DNA of 51,100 nt from Sphaerodactylus townsendi (Eukaryota), in NCBI RefSeq assembly GCF_021028975.2, contig NC_059439.1:36902901-36954000 (forward strand), in the 5' to 3' direction. Numbering within the stretch: position 1 is the first letter of the stretch; every line of letters begins with the position of its first letter. The position numbers and the translations under genes were made by a program. A model generated the notes under the pieces. The model was not told the DNA's origin and searched no databases. It saw only the letters and a program-made list of their open reading frames with translations. Below are positions 48,237 to 51,100 of this stretch, in pieces.

Positions 48237-51024
48237 CTAGTGAACTGTCCTTTCCTTCTGCCTCTGGTAATCTGGAAAGGGGAAAAAAAAACACGAGTGA
48301 ATGAAACAGCCTGTCAGGATCTGCACAAAGATCCCTCTAATTAAGCTTCCTATTTTCACAATGGCCAACTAGGTGCCTCTGGGAAGCCACAACCAAGGTA
48401 TGATGGCAATGGACGTTCCCTCCTCTATGCTGGCACTTATGGGCATACTGCCTCTGGACAGGAGCTCTTATGGGGAGAGCAGGGTATAAATATGAAAATC
48501 AAATAAAAATAAATAAAATTTAAGCAATCAAGGCTAAAATAAAGGTACCTGGTTCTTCCCCAGCCTGAATATACATTACAAAGTCCATGCTGTTATGCTG
48601 ATCCATATGATGGATCATGAGAAAATACTTTATCTCACTTCAACTAGGGATTTATAATATAAGAGTAAGCTATTTTCTGAGATTCCTAAATGTTATAAAT
48701 GGGAACAGCACAGCATACACTGCAAGGTTGTTAGTAGGAGCAAATGGGGGCTGTACGTTGCTAGATAAATTTGCTAGAAAAGGACAAGATTATATACAGA
48801 TTAGCAGCAGGTAATGGACAGCTGGTGCGGTACAGTGGTTACAAAGTCAGACTGTGTAAGTAGACCCACGACTGAATACCCACTCTGCCACGGAAGCTTA
48901 CTGGTTGACACTGGGCCAATCACATACTCTAATCCTACCCAACCTCACTGAGTTGTTGTGAGAATAAAATGGAAGGATGAGAGCTGCTTTAGGTCCCCAT
49001 AAGGGTAGGTTAGAAATGAAGTGAATAAATACACAAAATACTCACTGTAAGGGAAGAAACGGACTCTCATGACAATCTCCCGGGCAGTTTTCAAGATTTC
49101 CACGGCCTGCAGGAAGAAGGATAAAGGGAACGGTCACAAGAAGCAGTATGAGGCCAGAACCATCACCAGCCCCTATGCAGAAAAGCTCTTAAGATGGTCG
49201 TCTTAAAATATAGAACTCGTGAAGAGGCCCTGCATTGGCCAACAAGTTTCAGAAAGCTGAGGCACACTTAAAAGTATGCTAATTGTGAACAACTGGTGGT
49301 TGAAAAGTGCTGAGAGGGGGAAAAGACAAACGGGTGACCTTTTGACCATTCAAAAAGGTATGCTGAGGAACATGAGGTTTGCATGGACGACTGTCCTGTA
49401 CGATTGGTGCTGCACTAACTAGAAGAATTAGGACAGATTGGATGAAAAAGCTGGGTGGATCCAACCTGTGATGTGCAATTTGTTTCAATATAGTCTGCCA
49501 TATTTTTATTTGTATGCTGTTTTGTAAGGCTTTTATGATGTGTTTTAATTGATATTTTAGCTTGTACACCACCCTTTGCTATATGCAGCGAGAATTTAAT
49601 GCTGTGCAAACGAAGTGCTAAAAGATTGTGCTTTTGTAACGATAGTTCAGTTGAATTTTGGATACCAAACACCAATTACTTGCTGCCTTTCAGATTCAAG
49701 GAAATCAGATCCAAGTATGTGAATCTTACTCCTTTACATTTACCCGATCTCCCCGATTTATTTAGATTACACTACTTGTTGGACAACCCTGATCCTTCTC
49801 TCTGTATGATAGTGGCAGACTTTCTCCTGGAAATTACTAAATGCCAGTAGATTTCCTTTGTCCTAACATGTATATCCTGTATTGTATATGCTTTTTAATC
49901 TGTTTTTATTATTGTTGTACTGCTGCCTATGCCAATAAAGGCATGCTTCAAGAATTGTACACCACCCAGAGCCCTTCGGGGATGGGCGGTATAATTAATA
50001 AGCAAACAAACAAATCTCTCAATGAACCAGATTATTTCCTCCTTGGAACCCAGGGCAGCATTCCGCCCCAGGCAGTCTCAAGCACAGACCAGACACTGGT
50101 TAGCTAAACTCCAGCAAGGATGATGCATTGAGTGCCTTTAAAACCATTTCCTGGAATTAAGAGGCATGCCAGCCGGTGAACTAGCATGGTGGTTAGAGAA
50201 ATGCTTTAGCCAGTCGGCCGGGGAGTGAGGGGGAGAAAAAGCAGGTGTAGAGAAATTGAGTCTATCATTTTAAATTTCTCTATTTTGGTAGCTTGTTTGG
50301 CTAAGTGTAGAGCCCCAGCTGTAGAGCATGTTCCCTTTAGTTAGGACTCAAATGATTAACACCTGTTAGCAACTTTTGATTTTTGCCAAGCTGACTCAGC
50401 TAATTATCAAGAAAGAATGATTGGTCCGTTTACATCAGCTGACAGACAATTTCTGTATAATTTGCCTTTCAGCAGTTCATTAGTTTATCTCTCTCTTTCT
50501 ATACCTCTTTATGCTTGCTGTTGCTCAGTTTGTAAACTCTGCCTGTTATCTATCTATGTTTTAGGTTGTTAATCTCTGCCAGGGAATATTGTTTGTCACA
50601 GTTAAGTGTTTAGTCTCTGCTTGCATTTCGTTGTAACAAACCTACGCTACTGGAAATTTTAAGTTATTGTTTTCACTTTAACTTTTGCATTTTCAGTTTA
50701 TTGAGCAGGTGCAGAACTCAATAAACATCCATATATATTTTTCCAAGAACCGTTTTGTTTTCAGTGATTTTTTTGCACGCTAAATGACAAAATCCCAACC
50801 CACGTTTCTAATGAAAAAGTGGCAGGAAGCCAGCTCTTCCGTTACAGCAGGGTTTAAAGGTTTAAAATAAATAAATCCTGCCCCCACAAAGGACAAGGCT
50901 TCCAGTAGTGAGGACAACCCTTCACCTTGCTATGCTCAATATCCTGGAAGTCCACATCATTCACAGCCAGGACTTGGTCTCCTTCCTGCAGGCCAGCTCG
51001 ATGGGCGTCTGAATCTGGGATCAC
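48237..51024 (-). CDS. PDZD11: PDZ domain-containing protein 11, last three coding exons: 51024-50926, 49106-49046, 48271-48237; 5' part lies outside the window
   Basis: Spliced translation VIPDSDAHRAGLQEGDQVLAVNDVDFQDIEHSK|AVEILKTAREIVMRVRFFPY|NYQRQKERTVH* matches the PDZD11 C-terminus; canonical splice sites. Confidence 0.96.
49575..49954 (+). mobile_element. RTEX-like LINE 3' remnant inserted into an L2 tail
   Basis: KRLCFCNDSSVE...; atgccaataaagg end; 13-bp TSD ttgtacaccaccc at 49562-49574 and 49955-49967. Confidence 0.65.
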
Positions 51025-51100
51025 CTGAAAGCAGGAAAGGTATCGTGAGCAGAGCCACCACAGCAATGGCAGGGCTGCCACTAAGTCTCTTGGGCATCTT

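Overview
Vertebrate genomic DNA, most likely a squamate reptile and probably a gecko (inferred from the SINE, CR1, L2, Penelope and hAT repeat complement). It has five short N gaps. In order: the last five coding exons of NOP9 (+); a complete five-exon CIDEB (-); a 13-exon, ~716-aa type I membrane receptor gene (-) assembled by hand from splice sites (split signal peptide, four C2-type Ig domains, Ser/Thr/Pro stalk, TM segment, Tyr-containing tail), which I cannot assign to a named gene; a small replication-dependent histone/tRNA cluster (H2B, H4, tRNA-Ala, H2B, H3, tRNA-Asp, -Ser, -Phe, -Gln; no H2A or H1); and the last three coding exons of PDZD11 (-). The most notable observations are the Ig/mucin receptor, an inverted Penelope insertion carrying hammerhead ribozyme motifs in that receptor's stalk-TM intron, and an H2B gene followed by a second, orphan H2B 3' end with its own stem-loop. 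All coordinates were read by eye and no database searches were run.
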